Source: Octopus vulgaris (taxonomy: Eukaryota). From it: a DNA stretch of 64,000 nucleotides. A program made the translations under genes and the position numbers. The notes beneath the pieces are model-generated. The model was not told where the DNA came from. It did not search any database and saw only the letters and a program-made list of their open reading frames with translations. The stretch's first letter is position 1; every line of letters starts with the position of its first letter. The stretch spans positions 14,508,001 through 14,572,000 of the forward strand of contig OX597833.1 in assembly GCA_951406725.2 (NCBI GenBank), written 5' to 3'. Below, piece after piece: positions 12,076 through 25,340 of this stretch.

Positions 12076-13049
12076 TCGAGATGCGATCTATTGTTAACAG
12101 TTATTTGATCATAGATGCATCGGACACAAGCATTTAAGAGCGTTAAAATTTTCATTTTAAAGTATCAATACCGACCCCTTTTGAACAGACCTCGTATATA
12201 CAGATATGATAAAAACTATCAAAGGCTAAAGAAGAAAGAGCAATGATAAACTTTGAATGAGGTAAACAAATTTATGAGGTGAAGAAAATGTATAATGAAC
12301 TTCTCGTAACAACCTCGTTGAAGGTAATACAAGGAACAATCCTAAAGGATGCTACAAAACTCAATAATATAGGAGCAAAGCAATTAACAGTGGCCATTAG
12401 AATGCATGAGTGGATTGAACGTTTTAGACTTCTGGTCATTTTAAAAATTATTAATGCATGCTTATTAATCTAATCAAAATCACATTAGATCGGCATGGTA
12501 AGGTTATCGTTAACGCGCTTAATGAGAAAACTAAACGGCCCACTATCTTCCCTTCTAGGAAAACACTCGTTCCGTAACATATTAGTTCAATGATTTACAT
12601 AATAAACGCAGCTGCAAGTTTATTCATTTGACATCATTGACTTTATCCCTTGTACATTTGATGCCCTTTTAATGGAAGATGTACAATTTGCACACAAATA
12701 TGCAACTATTCCAATTCTACACAGTTATATCATTTTGCATACCAGAAAATTCATTCTGTATTTCCATGATGGTTTCTAGATAAATCTTAATAGATCTGAA
12801 ATAGTAATCATTTATATGGATCGTTGTGAAGGAGCCGAAGAGTCTAAATTTTAAGGGATTATATCTTAAAGAACCTGCTATCTCAGTTTAACTTTATGAT
12901 TATAGGGTTACAGCGATTTTATTGTAATCTACAATAAAAATGGCTACTAATTTGTCCGACTTCGTAAAGATTTACTTAATGGTTTTAGAACATTTTTTTA
13001 GTCATAAATATTAGGATAGTTATGGGTAGAAGCAACAGTTATATTTTTT

Positions 13050-13240
13050 TTTGCTGGATTCGCAAGAGGGACCGCCATTGGCTATGGATATTATCCAACA
13101 TTCTTGTCTTTAGTCAACTCCTCTCGTTGGCTCGATCTTAAGAACCTGCATTGCGATTGTCTCCTGTGACATTTTAATCATATGTCCGTTGTACCGGAGC
13201 TCTGACCTCTCAATGTGAATAAATAGCATTCTTGATCCGC
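13050..13240 (-). pseudogene. RTE-type LINE ORF C-terminal relic
   Basis: LFIHIERSELRYNGHMIKMSQE..AMQVL..PT, then KTRMLDNI; resembles the RTE LRW.GH..RM / RP..RW.D tail. Confidence 0.55.
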
Positions 13241-13478
13241 TGAGGAAAAAAAGAAGCTACCATAAGTTCAATAAAGAAAGGGTTCGAAAGAATAAGCATA
13301 CAACATCGACCGATTCGCGTGTTGACGAGTGACGATTTCAGATTGCAAAATATGAGCTGAGGAAATTAAAAGCATAGTATTTTTTGAGAGTTCGACATTT
13401 CCCGTTTATTTCTGATTTCTATGCCCCGATGTTTATAATTAGAATTAATGTACATAACACTTCCTTACACATTACATT

Positions 13479-13957
13479 GGCTAACGTGTTCAATACATCT
13501 ATGATGATCTAATTAAAAAAAAAAACGTACGTTATATCAAGATATTCTTGAGACTATATTACGCTCTTGAATGCTTATGTGTCCGATACATCTATGATCA
13601 AATAACTGTTAACGATAGATCGCATCTCGAGGTTCTAAAGAATGTGTTTCAACAGGCTGTTTGAATTGTATTTTTAAACATGCTTTTTGAATTTTATTTT
13701 GAAGCGTGTCTTCTTGTCTATAAATGATACACATAGATATCATTGCTTAAATATTTTTTTCTACACTCGGCACAAGGCCCGAAATTTTGTGGAAGAGGAT
13801 CAGTCAATTAGATCGACCCCAGTACGCAACTGGTACTTAATTTATCAACCACGAAAGGATGAAAGGCAAAGTCGACCTCGGCAGAATTTTAATTGGGAAC
13901 GTAAATCATTGCCCAAATAGTGATTTTTTTTCTGTAATTTCAGCTCAGAGCTGCGAC
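13479..13957 (-). repeat. Right arm of ~480-bp inverted duplication
   Basis: Reverse complement of 11595-12075; ORFs 11634-11867(-) and 13687-13920(+) are near-identical. Confidence 0.95.
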
Positions 13958-14083
13958 CATGCTGATGCACCTCCGTTAAAAAGGGATGAAAGACAAATTC
14001 ATTTAATAATGCTCTGAATTTGTCCCAGTTACACCACGCTCTACCAACTCTCCGCCGTAGTGATATCTCGTAGTGGGAAAGTA

Positions 14084-14453
14084 GGAGGCGCAATGGCCCA
14101 GTGGTTAGGGGCAGCGGACTCGCGGTCGTAGGATCGCGGTTTCGATTCCCAGGCCGGGCGTTGTGAGTGTTTATTGAGCGAAAACACCTAAAGCTCCACG
14201 AGGCTTCGGCAGGGGATGGTGGTGATCCCTGCTGTACTCTTTCACCACAACTTTCTCTCACTCTTACTTCCTGTTTCTCTTGTACCTGTATTTCAAAGGG
14301 CCGGCCTTGTCACTCTCTGTGTCACGCTGAATATCCCCGAGAACTGCGTTAAGGGTACACGTGTCTGTGGAGTGCTCAGCCACTTACACGTTAATTTCAC
14401 GAGCAGGCTGTTCCGTTGATTCGGATCAACCGGAACCCTCATCGTCGTAACCG
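14084..14453 (+). mobile_element. SINE family B, tail 1, 3'-clipped
   Basis: Family match; flanked by a 28-bp direct repeat ccgccgtagtgatatctcgtagtgggaa. Confidence 0.9.
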
Positions 14454-15086
14454 CCGTAGTGATATCTCGTAGTGGGAATGTAAAATTTATTTTCATTCTT
14501 TAGCCATTTTCCTTTTGCTACGTACATATCAGATGGGAGTCGTTAGAATCTAAGCAGACAAGATGACTATAGTTTCAATCTGAAATTTTATCTGTTCTAA
14601 TTTATGAGAGTGAGAAATAAATGGAAACCTTTAGTGCTCATGTGTTTCCTTCGCCTGAATGCATCTGTGTTTATGTCCTTTTTATCTTTTCCGTGTGAGA
14701 AGTACTTGTTTTATAACACAGATTTCAGGAACGTGCTTTCTGTTACGGTGTAACTGGAGAAGAGCTTAATTTAGTCGTAAGATCTGTCTCAAATCGTTCG
14801 TCCAAATATAATGTCTTTAATCTGAACGCAATTTCATGTTACTGGAGATCAATTGAAAGAGACAGGGACATGACAGTGACTGAAATCTCTACACTGGTGT
14901 AATTAAAAAAAAGTATAAAAAGCCAATTTGTGGTATGGCTGTTTGTATGCTGTAAATTTTAGATATATCGATGTGATCTTACTATTTCTACCATAATAAA
15001 CAACCATGAGCAAGACTTTGTAACGATTTTCTTCCTTTGTCATGGTGGTCCAACGAGGAACCCTTTCTTTTAAACATCTGATCACA

Positions 15087-15515
15087 GTCGCATGTGTAGC
15101 TGTGTGGTGAGAAGCTTGCTTCACAACCACATGGTTCGGGGTCAGTTCTACTGCGGGCATCTTGGGCAAGTGTATTCTACTATAGCCTCGAGCGGACCAA
15201 AGCCTTGTGAGTGGATTTGGTAGACGAAAACTGAAATAAGCCTGTCGAATATCTCTATGTATATGTGCATGTGTGTATGTGTTTATGCATGCCTTTGCAT
15301 CTATGTTTTTTTACCCACCACCGCTTGAAAACCAGTGTTGGTTTGTTTACGTCTCCGGCCTTGTTACAAGCGACCAATAAAATTAGTACAAAACTTTAAA
15401 GACAAAAAAAAAAAAGACCGAAGTTCTTGGGTCGATTCATTCGACTGAAGGTTCTACAAGGCAGTGCCCCAGCAGAGCCGCAGTCAAAAAACTAAAACAA
15501 ACAAAACATAAAAAA
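15087..15515 (+). mobile_element. Old SINE family A
   Basis: Diverged match to family A. Confidence 0.8.
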
Positions 15516-15732
15516 GGTAAACGATGCTAGATCAAAGTCTGTGAAAGAACTGACTTCTATTTCTAGCAGGTGGAACGAACAATTTGAAATCTCCGCATGT
15601 TCTCTCGAGTATTGCCGAGGTTACAGATGTTGTTTTTCCCTGTTTTGTTTTAAATATTAAAGCGATTATCCTTAGCCTTTTTTCTCATTACCGTAATGTT
15701 GTTGTTTCAATATGATTGTATCTAATGTGCTT

Positions 15733-16107
15733 GGAGGTGAAATGGCCTAATGATTAGGGCAGCGGATTCACGGTGGTAGGATCGTGGTTTCGATTCCCAG
15801 ACGCTGTGAATGTTTATTGAGCGAAAACACCTAAAAGCTCCACGAGGCTCCGGCAAGGTGTGAGGGGTAGCGAACCCTACTGTACTCTTTCACCACAACT
15901 TTCTCTCACTCTTTATTTCTGTTGTACCTTTATTTCAAAGTGCCAACCTTGTCAATCTTTGTGTCACACTGAATCTCCCCGAGAACTACATTAAGGGTAC
16001 ACGCCTCTGTAGAAAGCTCAGTCACTTGCCCATTAATTTCTCGAGCTGGCTGTTCCGTCGATCGGATCAACTGGAACCCTCGTCGTCGTAACCGACCGAG
16101 TACCACG
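15733..16107 (+). mobile_element. Old SINE family B, tail 1
   Basis: Diverged match to family B. Confidence 0.8.
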
Positions 16108-16384
16108 TAATGTTATGTATTTTCATATTCATTTAATGATTATTTGTTCTGTACGAGAACAAGTTCCTGCAATTGTTATATGATTTATTAATTCTGCTGA
16201 TTCTGTTCATGATGGTTTAGATCCTGCCAGAATCTTTTTCATGATTTTCCGTTAACGTTATTGTGTCTTAGCAGACAAATATAAAGATATTCTTTGGGAA
16301 ATGCTAATGATTTCTTTTGCGAAGGTATATCATGTGTTATTAGGTGTTAATCTTCAATTAATGTAATGCGGCATGAAGAATATT

Positions 16385-16862
16385 TGTGGATAGGGAGAGA
16401 GAGAGAGAGAGAAATAGAGACTGGGTGAGAGAGAAAGAAAGAGGAGAAGATAGGGAGAAGAAATGGAACAAGGGAGATGAGAGGGTTAGATGTAGCATAG
16501 AAGAGAGAAAGATGGAGTGGGAGAGGAGAGTGAGATTAGTACAAAGAGAAAGAGAGAGAGAAAGGGTGAGAAAGGGTGAGAGATGAAAATAACAAAAACA
16601 CGCAGCGAGAGAGAGAGAGAGAGAGAGAGTAAGAAATATATGGGAGTTGCACCAGCAGAGAAAGAAAAAGAGAGAGATGGGAGTAGCACTTTCACAGAGA
16701 GAGAGAGGGTTGAAATAAAACCAAAAGGAGAGAGAAAGAAAGGGAAAACGACAGAGAGAGAGGATGGATAACCGAATAAAAGAGAGTGAGGGAGAGAAAG
16801 AATAGCAGAAACAGAGAGAGAGAGATGGAGAGAGAGAGAATAGAGAAACAGAGATAGGAATA
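16385..16862. repeat. GA-rich polypurine low-complexity tract
   Basis: Direct inspection. Confidence 0.85.
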
Positions 16863-17051
16863 GGCGCAGCAATTTTGTAGAAGCTGGTAGAAAGTACATT
16901 CGACTTCAAACAAGAAACGTGGATATCCACCAGTTATAATTGAAAAATTCTAGACTGTTATTGTTGAAGCATTGAAAATGCTGTTTGTATGCATAAAAAT
17001 AAGCATTTGAAGTGAAATATGGGAAGGAATACAAAGGAGAATGCAGATATA

Positions 17052-17367
17052 TCATAAAATAGGTGATCGTCTCAAATGATGACGACTTTTGATGAGTGGA
17101 AACTGGTGTGGTAGAAGTTGATAGGCGGGAATGGGATATTCCTCTGCTCTGGAGACCAACATAGTCATTTTTGTTGTCATCGTCGTCATCATTGTCATCA
17201 TCGTCACCATCTTAAGCATTAGCATAATCATCATCGCATTCATCGTCATTATCACCGTTATCATCATTGTGATCATCGCCATCAGTATCGACATCATCGT
17301 CATCACCATCATCGTCATCTTCACCAACATCATCATCGTCGTCATCATCATCATCATCATCATCATT

Positions 17368-17419
<52 letters not shown>

Positions 17420-17432
17420 ACACCATCATCAC

Positions 17433-17466
<34 letters not shown>

Positions 17467-17610
17467 GTTATAGTTACCATTGTCGTCATCGTCGTCATCA
17501 TCATCATCATCATTATTATCATCATCTTATCATCATCTTATCATCATCTTACCACCATCATCATCATCATCCTCATCACCATCACTATCACCATCACAAT
17601 TACCACCATC
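17052..17610 (+). repeat. ~110-bp unique segment plus (CAT)n tract, copy 1 of a local duplication
   Basis: Matches 19418-19745, including imperfections in the microsatellite. Confidence 0.85.
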
Positions 17611-17799
17611 TTCTTCAGGGGTGAATGAACTTTACATATATCTTGACTTTTGTGGTGTACCATTTTATCACTGTTACTATCCTAATGCACACTTGAATTC
17701 ATTATGAAATCAAATAAATCTTTATGTTGCAATCACGATAAGGACACCTGCTGATCAAGATTTATCGACATTAGACTGCAAAGAGTATCCATTAAGTCA

Positions 17800-18700
17800 T
17801 ATTCTTCGCGGTTAACGAAATGGAGGTGAGCTTCGAAAGAACACCCCCTTTCACCCAGCAACTCGTACTTGAAATTCTTCCAACATCATCAACTTCCGTA
17901 TGTATTAAAGTTTCTCTATGAGACTCTACAATCTTGGTCCTATCGTCCATGAATTCTTCAAAATCTACATAAGGTGCAGGAGTGGCTGTGTGGTAAGTAG
18001 CTTGTTTACCAACCACATGGTTCCGAGTTCAGTTCCACTGCGTGGCATCTTGGGCAAGTGTCTTCTGCTATAGCCCCGGGCCGACCAAAGCCTTGTGAGT
18101 GGATTTGGTAGACGGAAACTGAAAGAAGCCTGTCGTATATATGTATATATATATATATGTATATATATATGTATATATGTGTATGTGTGTGTGTTTGTGT
18201 GTGTGTTTGTCCCACTAGCATTGCTTGACAACCGATGCTGGTGTGTTTACGTCCCCGTCACTTAGCGGTTCGGCAAAAGCGACCGATAGAATGAGTGCTG
18301 GGCTTACAAAGAATAAGTCCCGGGGTCGATTTGCTCGACTAAAAGGCGGTGCTCCAGCATGGCCGCAGTCAAATGACTGAAACAAGTAAAAGAGTAAAAG
18401 AGAGAGTAAATTGCCCAAAATCACAATATCTTAGTTAACTTAAAGTAGAATTTTTCCTTTTTTAGCAAAAAAAAGTAAGAAATGCTGTCTGGCCAAATGT
18501 TTTTCCAAGCGTCTTCTATAGCGTTACTTCACCTGTAGTGTGTGTATTATCCATAGCATTCATAATTTTGAACATTTTCCAGAAGCCAGCGGCTGTAGTT
18601 TTCTGTTTACTATTAGATGCTTTTGTGAGTATTGTCAAAGTTTTACTTAGATCATACACCTTGAAGTTAACTACCAAACCTTGATACTTTGCCTGGAGCG
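17800..18700 (-). pseudogene. Tigger/pogo-type transposase C-terminal relic, split by a SINE
   Basis: LQAKYQGLVVNFKVYDLSKTL..GFWKMFKIMNAMDN..GEV (cf. LQPMDQGVIANFKAYYL..EFWK.FNI) continuing YVDFEEFMDD..ESHRETL. Confidence 0.7.
17971..18408 (+). mobile_element. SINE family A
   Basis: Full-length match. Confidence 0.9.
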
Positions 18701-18794
18701 ACTAAGTTGCGTTTCTTTTATTCTTATTTGAATTTCTGTCTGATGTATGATACATAGTGAAACACTGACAAGAAATGAAAAAAGCTAACATATA

Positions 18795-18799
<5 letters not shown>

Positions 18800-18864
<65 letters not shown>

Positions 18865-18907
18865 TGAGTGAGTGTGTGTGTGTGAGTGAGTGAGTGTGTG
18901 TGAGTGA

Positions 18908-18946
<39 letters not shown>

Positions 18947-18975
18947 TGTGTGTGTGTGAGTGTGTGTGAGTGTGT

Positions 18976-19014
<39 letters not shown>

Positions 19015-19029
19015 TGAGTGAGTGTGTGT

Positions 19030-19078
<49 letters not shown>

Positions 19079-19113
19079 TGAGTGAGTGAGTGAGTGAGTG
19101 AGTGAGTGAGTGA

Positions 19114-19157
<44 letters not shown>
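18800..19157. repeat. (GT)n/(GAGT)n microsatellite
   Basis: Direct inspection. Confidence 0.95.
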
Positions 19158-19160
<3 letters not shown>

Positions 19161-19417
19161 TTCGTTTTGAGTGATAATCAATGTTGCGCCAAACATTGCT
19201 ATTCAATAAGTGAATACAAATATCGTAAAAAGCCTAATAGTAATAAATGTTTGAAATATTCAAGACAGACGATGTCTTCAACTTTTGCGTTAAGATTAAC
19301 GAAAATAAATAATACATTCTCCTATAGTCACAGGAGCTGAAACTTTGGAAGTCCGATAACATCGAACCCGGTAATAAACCGGTACTTATTTTATTGACTG
19401 CGGTCTTTCATTCGACG

Positions 19418-19689
19418 CTATAAGATAGGTGATCGTCTGAAATGATGACGACTTTTGGAGAGTGGAAACTGGTGTGGTAGAAGTTGATAGGCGGGAATGG
19501 GATATTCATCTGCTCTGGAGACCAGCATAGTCATCTTCGTTGTCGTCGTCGTCATTATTGTCATCATCGTCACCATCGTAAACATTAGCATAATCATCAT
19601 CGCATTCATCATCATTATCATCGTTATCATCATTGTGATCATCGCCATCTGTATCGACATCATCTTCAACTCCACCATCGTCGTCGTCG

Positions 19690-19731
<42 letters not shown>

Positions 19732-19745
19732 GCACCATCGTTATC
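19418..19745 (+). repeat. Copy 2 of the unique+(CAT)n duplication
   Basis: Matches 17052-17340. Confidence 0.85.
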
Positions 19746-19751
19746 GTTAAC

Positions 19752-20700
19752 ATGAAGAGAAAGGAATTCACATTATATCACTTTCAAGCTGAAAGTTGTT
19801 GAAGAGGTGACGTCGCATTCGAATCGAGCTGCAGAAAGAGAATTTGGGGTCTCAGAAAGATAGTCAGAGATTGGCGTTTGAGAGAGGAGTAAATGAAATC
19901 CGTTGACCTTAAATCCTTAAAGAAAATTAGGATAGGAATGAGCCCCAATGAGATGGAGATTATTTTGAGAGATTGGATGACTGAACTACGCACGAATGGA
20001 CTGCGGGCTGTTCAAGTGAATAAAGAACGTGGCATATCCGACTTTAAAGTATCCCCTGGCTAGTGTATGAGGTTTATAAAACGCCACCATCTTACGCTAA
20101 GACAAAGAACTCATATCGCACAGAAATTACCCGCCGACGTAGGGAGCAAAATTGATCCCGATCCCTTCTATCGGTATGTAATAGACCTACGAAGGAACCA
20201 CGAGTTTGCTTTGGAAGGAATTGGTAATATGGACAAGACACCTCTTTTGTTTCGATATGGTTGGAACTCAGACAGTAGATGTTAAGGGGAAAACACAATT
20301 TCAGTAAAAACTACGGGGAGTTACAAGGCCCACTTCACCGCAATTTTGGCTTGTATGGCTAAAGGTACGAAACCTACCACGGCTGTTATTGCAAAAGAAA
20401 GAATCTCCCAAAAGTGATGTTTCCGAAGAGCATAGTGGTGATATGTGTAGGTGGAGGAGCATAGCAGGTGAATGTGTGGGTGGATGAAACCACGTTGACG
20501 AACTGGTTAAACGACTTGTGGTTCAAATGCGCAGGGGCTATACTTAATTGAAAGTCGCTTCTTGTATGGGATATGTTCGGGGATCATTTGATCGACAGCA
20601 TAAACAATTGATTAAAGGAACGTCGTACTTACCAAGCTGTGATTCCTGGTGGATGTACATCTGTGCTTCAGCCACCCGACAAACATTTCTATTAAGCGAA
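19752..20700 (+). pseudogene. pogo-family (POGK-like) transposase pseudogene
   Basis: FKLKVVEEV..SNRAAEREFGVSE..VRDWR (Brinker-type HTH), RFIKRHHLTLRQRTHIAQKLP (CENP-B HTH), IGNMDKTPL, KTTG..KAHFTAILAC, SLLVWDMF..HL, VIPGGCTSVLQP; many stops and frameshifts. Confidence 0.9.
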
Positions 20701-21001
20701 TAAAAATGGAAAAAAAAAGGAATGAACTGAACGTTATGATGGGCACAGAAATGTATCAACTTGACGCACGGTGAATTGAAAGAGTTTGAAGCTTCGAGCC
20801 AAGCTCCTCGTAGGAAAGTGAAAAGTCCAAAGATGTGTAGTTGCATTGCTGAAGTGACCGTGCATGTTTCAAGTTCGGTCTAATAAATACACTCAAAGAC
20901 TTTGGGCAGCGGGAGAATATAGTAAAAAATGCCTGCATAAAGTTCCACGTGATGGTACTGAACCCAGAACCAAGACTTTGGGGAACAAAGTTTTTACACA
21001 T

Positions 21002-21306
21002 TTGTTGTTTGTTCCTTCTTGAGCTACGCCTGGCTCATAAGGGCCGGTTTCCCGGTTTCCTTGGCGTATAGGTTCCCCACTTAGACGGGACGCCGGTCAG
21101 TCGCAGGTGAGCTGCTAGATGCAGGAGGACAGAATGAGAGAAATTTGTGGCGAAAGAGTCAGCAGAAGTTCGCCTTACCTTCTGCCGGAGCCGCGTGGAG
21201 CTTAGGTGTTTCGCTCATAAACACACACATCGCTCTATCTGAGATTCGAACAAGCGATCCCTCGACCGCGAATCCGCTGCACTAACCACTAGGCCAAGTG
21301 CCTCTA
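21002..21306 (-). mobile_element. SINE family D (tRNA head, V-like domain)
   Basis: Matches 43465-43771 and 53880-54555; contains cctgcga..gaccggcgtcccgtc. Confidence 0.85.
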
Positions 21307-21973
21307 CTTTTTACACATTTGCATCTATCTAAAACGAAATAACCACCATGAAATATAGTTATAGTGAAACGTAGCCGCACATCCATTCATATGAAGGGAT
21401 GTTTTCGTAATAGTGACAGACCAAAATATTTTGAAGGTTTCTACTTTTTTGTTTTCATGCAAAAATAACAATTTGAATTGTTGTCCGGAAAAAAGTTGCA
21501 AAAACGTTTACATAACATGATGGCCTTGAGTAAATAGAATAACACCATATAACTTATCTAAGTATGTAATCAACAAGTTGATTCTCAGAGCAATGCATGA
21601 TAGTTCAACTAAATGAAGAAGAGCATAACTAAAAAAATAAAAAATAAACAGTCAACAAGTGAAAGTGAATTTAATATGTATGAAATATATTACGTTTGAT
21701 ATATGATAAACATAATATTATAAGATAAAATTAATGAGATTAATAAAGGCGATAGAGGAAAAAAGATTACAATTCGGAATATTATTTACAAAATACATAC
21801 TGTTTGCACCGCTGAAAAAATAAACATGGCTAATAATAAAGAGATATGTTTAAATGACGTTATTCTTAACGTGGTGGTGTCAGTTAAGAAGCGGGTAGGC
21901 GGGTACGCTGCACGTTGTTATTTACTACGCTCTACAGGGGTATTAAATCAACAAGTGTTTGAATTATAAGAAA

Positions 21974-22371
21974 CTAGCAGTATCGCCCGGCGTTGCTCGG
22001 GTTTGTAAGGGAAATAACTATAAAGCATTTTTAGAGAGTTATAGCCAAAAAATAGCAAAAAAATGCATTAAAAATGGGAAAAAAATGATGGTAAATTTTT
22101 TTTTAAATCGTTGACTCATCGTAGACATTTTTAGAGAGTTACTTCCCTTATATAATAGCGAAAAAAGTGCATTAAAATGGGAAAAAATGATGGTAAATTA
22201 TTTTTAAAATCGTAGACTTATCGTAGACGCGCGCTAATACCCAGAAGGGCTCGATATGAATCACGACTATAAGATACCCGGTTTTGGTTAAACTGCACCG
22301 CAAAATGTGGGAGTAGTTAGGAATCTAAATCGCAGGAGACAGACACACAACTTCACTTTTATATATAAAGA
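21974..22371 (-). mobile_element. Non-autonomous Helitron
   Basis: Minus strand 5' TC(tttatatataaa) and 3' hairpin cccgagcaacgccggg + CTAG; inserted A|T with no TSD; empty site visible in unit 2 (~26275-26295). Confidence 0.9.
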
Positions 22372-22437
22372 TGAAATATTTTTAGAACAACAATATAACA
22401 TGCATGTTTGCGCTACATTCTTCATATATATATATAT

Positions 22438-22708
22438 ATCACGTGATCACGTGACCGACCAGACCATCAGATGTTGCTACACATCGCTGGTCACAATGCG
22501 TTCGCATTGTTTTAGCCTTCGATTGACGCCACCTCGCTGGCTAAGCGAGCAGGCCAACAGAAGAAAGAGTGGTGAAAGGGTACAACAGGGGTCGCCACCA
22601 ACCCCTGCCGGAGTCTCGTGGAGCTTTTGGGTGTTTTCGCTCAATAAACACTCACAACGCCCGGTCTGGGAATCGAAACCGCGAAACCACTGGGCCATTG
22701 CGCCTCTA
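22438..22708 (-). mobile_element. SINE family B head with tail 2
   Basis: Matches 8822-9129; tail sits in (TA)n. Confidence 0.85.
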
Positions 22709-22711
22709 CAC

Positions 22712-22836
<125 letters not shown>

Positions 22837-23003
22837 AAGGGGCAGGCAAGAGGTTACTTAGCCACATACCGAAAAATTAGAAATAGCAGTCAAAGTCTGT
22901 TTATTTCTACTTTCTGCAAATAAGACTCCACATACAACATATCCATGTAATTCACATATGTAAAACAGAAGGGAAGAATAACGAAAGCAAAGTCTGGTGT
23001 TAT

Positions 23004-23057
23004 TTACGGACGCGTTTCTGGATTAGAATTATAAATTCATATCCTTTATCCGCGTAA
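23004..23057 (-). ncRNA. Degenerate type I hammerhead motif
   Basis: TTACG-CGGATAA-AGGAT(loop)ATCCA-GAAAC-GC-GTC-CGTAA on the minus strand. Confidence 0.55.
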
Positions 23058-23516
23058 CTCTCCACTCGGATAGATTTCTCAAATGCTACACATACCTCCG
23101 ATTCGCGAGCAAGCTTCGTCGGAATAGTGGAAGATAGCTAGCATAGGCCAAATCTATATAGACGAATGAATTCGTACTTTCCCTCCAAACTTTTACCATG
23201 TGCGTCGCAAAAATAGTTCCTTAGATATATTTACAAGCAATTGAAAAATAGGATAAAATCTTTATAAGAATTTATCAAGTAGTTAGCGTGAAAAGATCTT
23301 ATGAGGGAAAAATCCATCAATTATTCCTCTTAAATATATTTATTTATATTAAGGGCATTACTATACATAAATGTCTCACGCTCGGAGGGACTCTTAAAGT
23401 CAGAACTACCATAATATATGAATAAAATAATATATATATTTCTATATATATAGTATATATATAAATATATTAAAGTGAGGGTACAATATACGCATCATTG
23501 CTTGTACATATATATA

Positions 23517-23547
<31 letters not shown>

Positions 23548-23555
<8 letters not shown>

Positions 23556-23664
23556 ATCACGTGACCGACCAGACCATCAGATGTAGTTACACATCGCTGG
23601 TCACAATGCGTTCGCATTGTTTTAGCCTTCGAACGACGCCACCCCGCTGGCTAAGCGAGCAGGC

Positions 23665-23665
<1 letters not shown>
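23548..23665 (-). mobile_element. 5'-truncated SINE, tail 2 only
   Basis: Tail 2 sequence with (TA)n on both sides. Confidence 0.85.
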
Positions 23666-23706
<41 letters not shown>

Positions 23707-24729
23707 GCATACATATATATATATATATATGTATATATATACATATACATAGAGAGAGAGAGACAGAAAGAGATGCACACACACATACACACACGCAAAC
23801 ACACACACATACACACAACACACACACACATATACATGTATCTGTGCGTAAGTACATGCATATATACGTATGTGTGTACGTGTGTGTATGTACCTTTGTG
23901 TCTTTGCGTCTCTCAGTGTATGCGTGCTTGAACTTTTGCGATGCATGCTTTTACTAGGAACAATATATTTAAACAAATAACAAATGCGTAGAAGAAACCA
24001 TGATATCAACATTAAAAAAAAATACATTGGACACATGAGTAAATACTTTGGAATGTCAAAGCATTATTTATTATAACGTGTCATGAAAATGAATTGAAGT
24101 AAATTAGAAATTGTAAAAGTAAGGTGGCGGGAAATAGCAACAGAAATTACTGAGGATAATATAATCGAATGAAAAAGTGAAGCGCGTTGTTTATTTGGCA
24201 AGAATTATTGTGCATGAGAACAAGTAAACAGTTCGCTGAGGAGTTTGATAAATATGATGTGATTTATTTCAGACGGTGGTTGCTATGAGTTGGTGTCAAA
24301 CATCGGCAAATAACGTCATCTTGACGAAGATCTATCTTGAAGAAGATTAGGGCAGACAGTGACTGGATATGGCTGAAAAAGCACGATCGAAGGAACATGA
24401 GTGGAGAGACCATAATTCTGAAATGCGCTTGGGGTGGAGTACATCTGTCGAAAAAGTTGGTGTGGGACTCATATCAGCGAGTGGGGGCAGGCGGTGCACT
24501 GTAATGCTGTCGAGATATACTGGGCATACCCGATATACTGGACCTCTCGCCTGATGACTCCTGATTCCCACTGGCGTCTGGTATGCGGAGTTTTCGACCT
24601 ATTGCATCTGTTTCCAACTCTTTGCAAGTCTTAAATGTAGTGTAATTAATTGTGTTGGATAGGAATTTCTATCTTATTAAGTAATTGATTCGATAAAGTA
24701 AATATATAGAGAACTACACTTGGACTTGT

Positions 24730-24985
24730 GGAGGCGCGTGGTTTAATGTTTAGGGTGTCAGCACCATGACCATAAGATTGTGGTTTCGATTCCTGGACTG
24801 GTCGACGCGTTGCGTTCTTGAGTAAAACACCACATTTCAGGTTGCTCCAGTCCACTCAGCTGGCAAAAATTTGAAACGCTTCGATGGACTGGCGTCCCGT
24901 CCAGCTGGGGAGCACATACGCCATAGAAACCGGGAAACTGGGCCCATGAGCCTGGGTAGGCTTTAAAAGGGCGCATTTATTTAAT
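24730..24985 (+). mobile_element. SINE family E (tRNA head, CORE-like body, V-like domain, tail 3)
   Basis: ttcttgagtaaaacac..gttgctccagtccactcagctggcaaaaa, gatggactggcgtcccgtccag, tail aaagggcgcatttattt; absent from duplication unit 2. Confidence 0.8.
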
Positions 24986-25340
24986 TTAATTACACTTAGA
25001 TTTAGGTTTAAAAATCCTTAATGAAATTACCGCAGGCATGAGAATGTGGTGAAGAAGCTGGCTTAGCACTAATTGCAATTTTTTTCATATTCTTTAGCTT
25101 TGCCAGGTGTTTTAGAAGTTGAAATAATATATAGCATTTAAATTTTCTTCATATGTGAATTATTTTGGAAATTAGGATAAATATTTCGAAAAGTCCCAAA
25201 TAGGTATCGTTGAAAAAAAAAATTATCCTTTTACATTCAAATACAATGGTCAATATTTTAGATGTTTTATGGAAAGTATCTTATGAAATGTGGATGTATA
25301 TGAATGATATAGATGGGAAATGCAAAAAACAAAACAAAAT

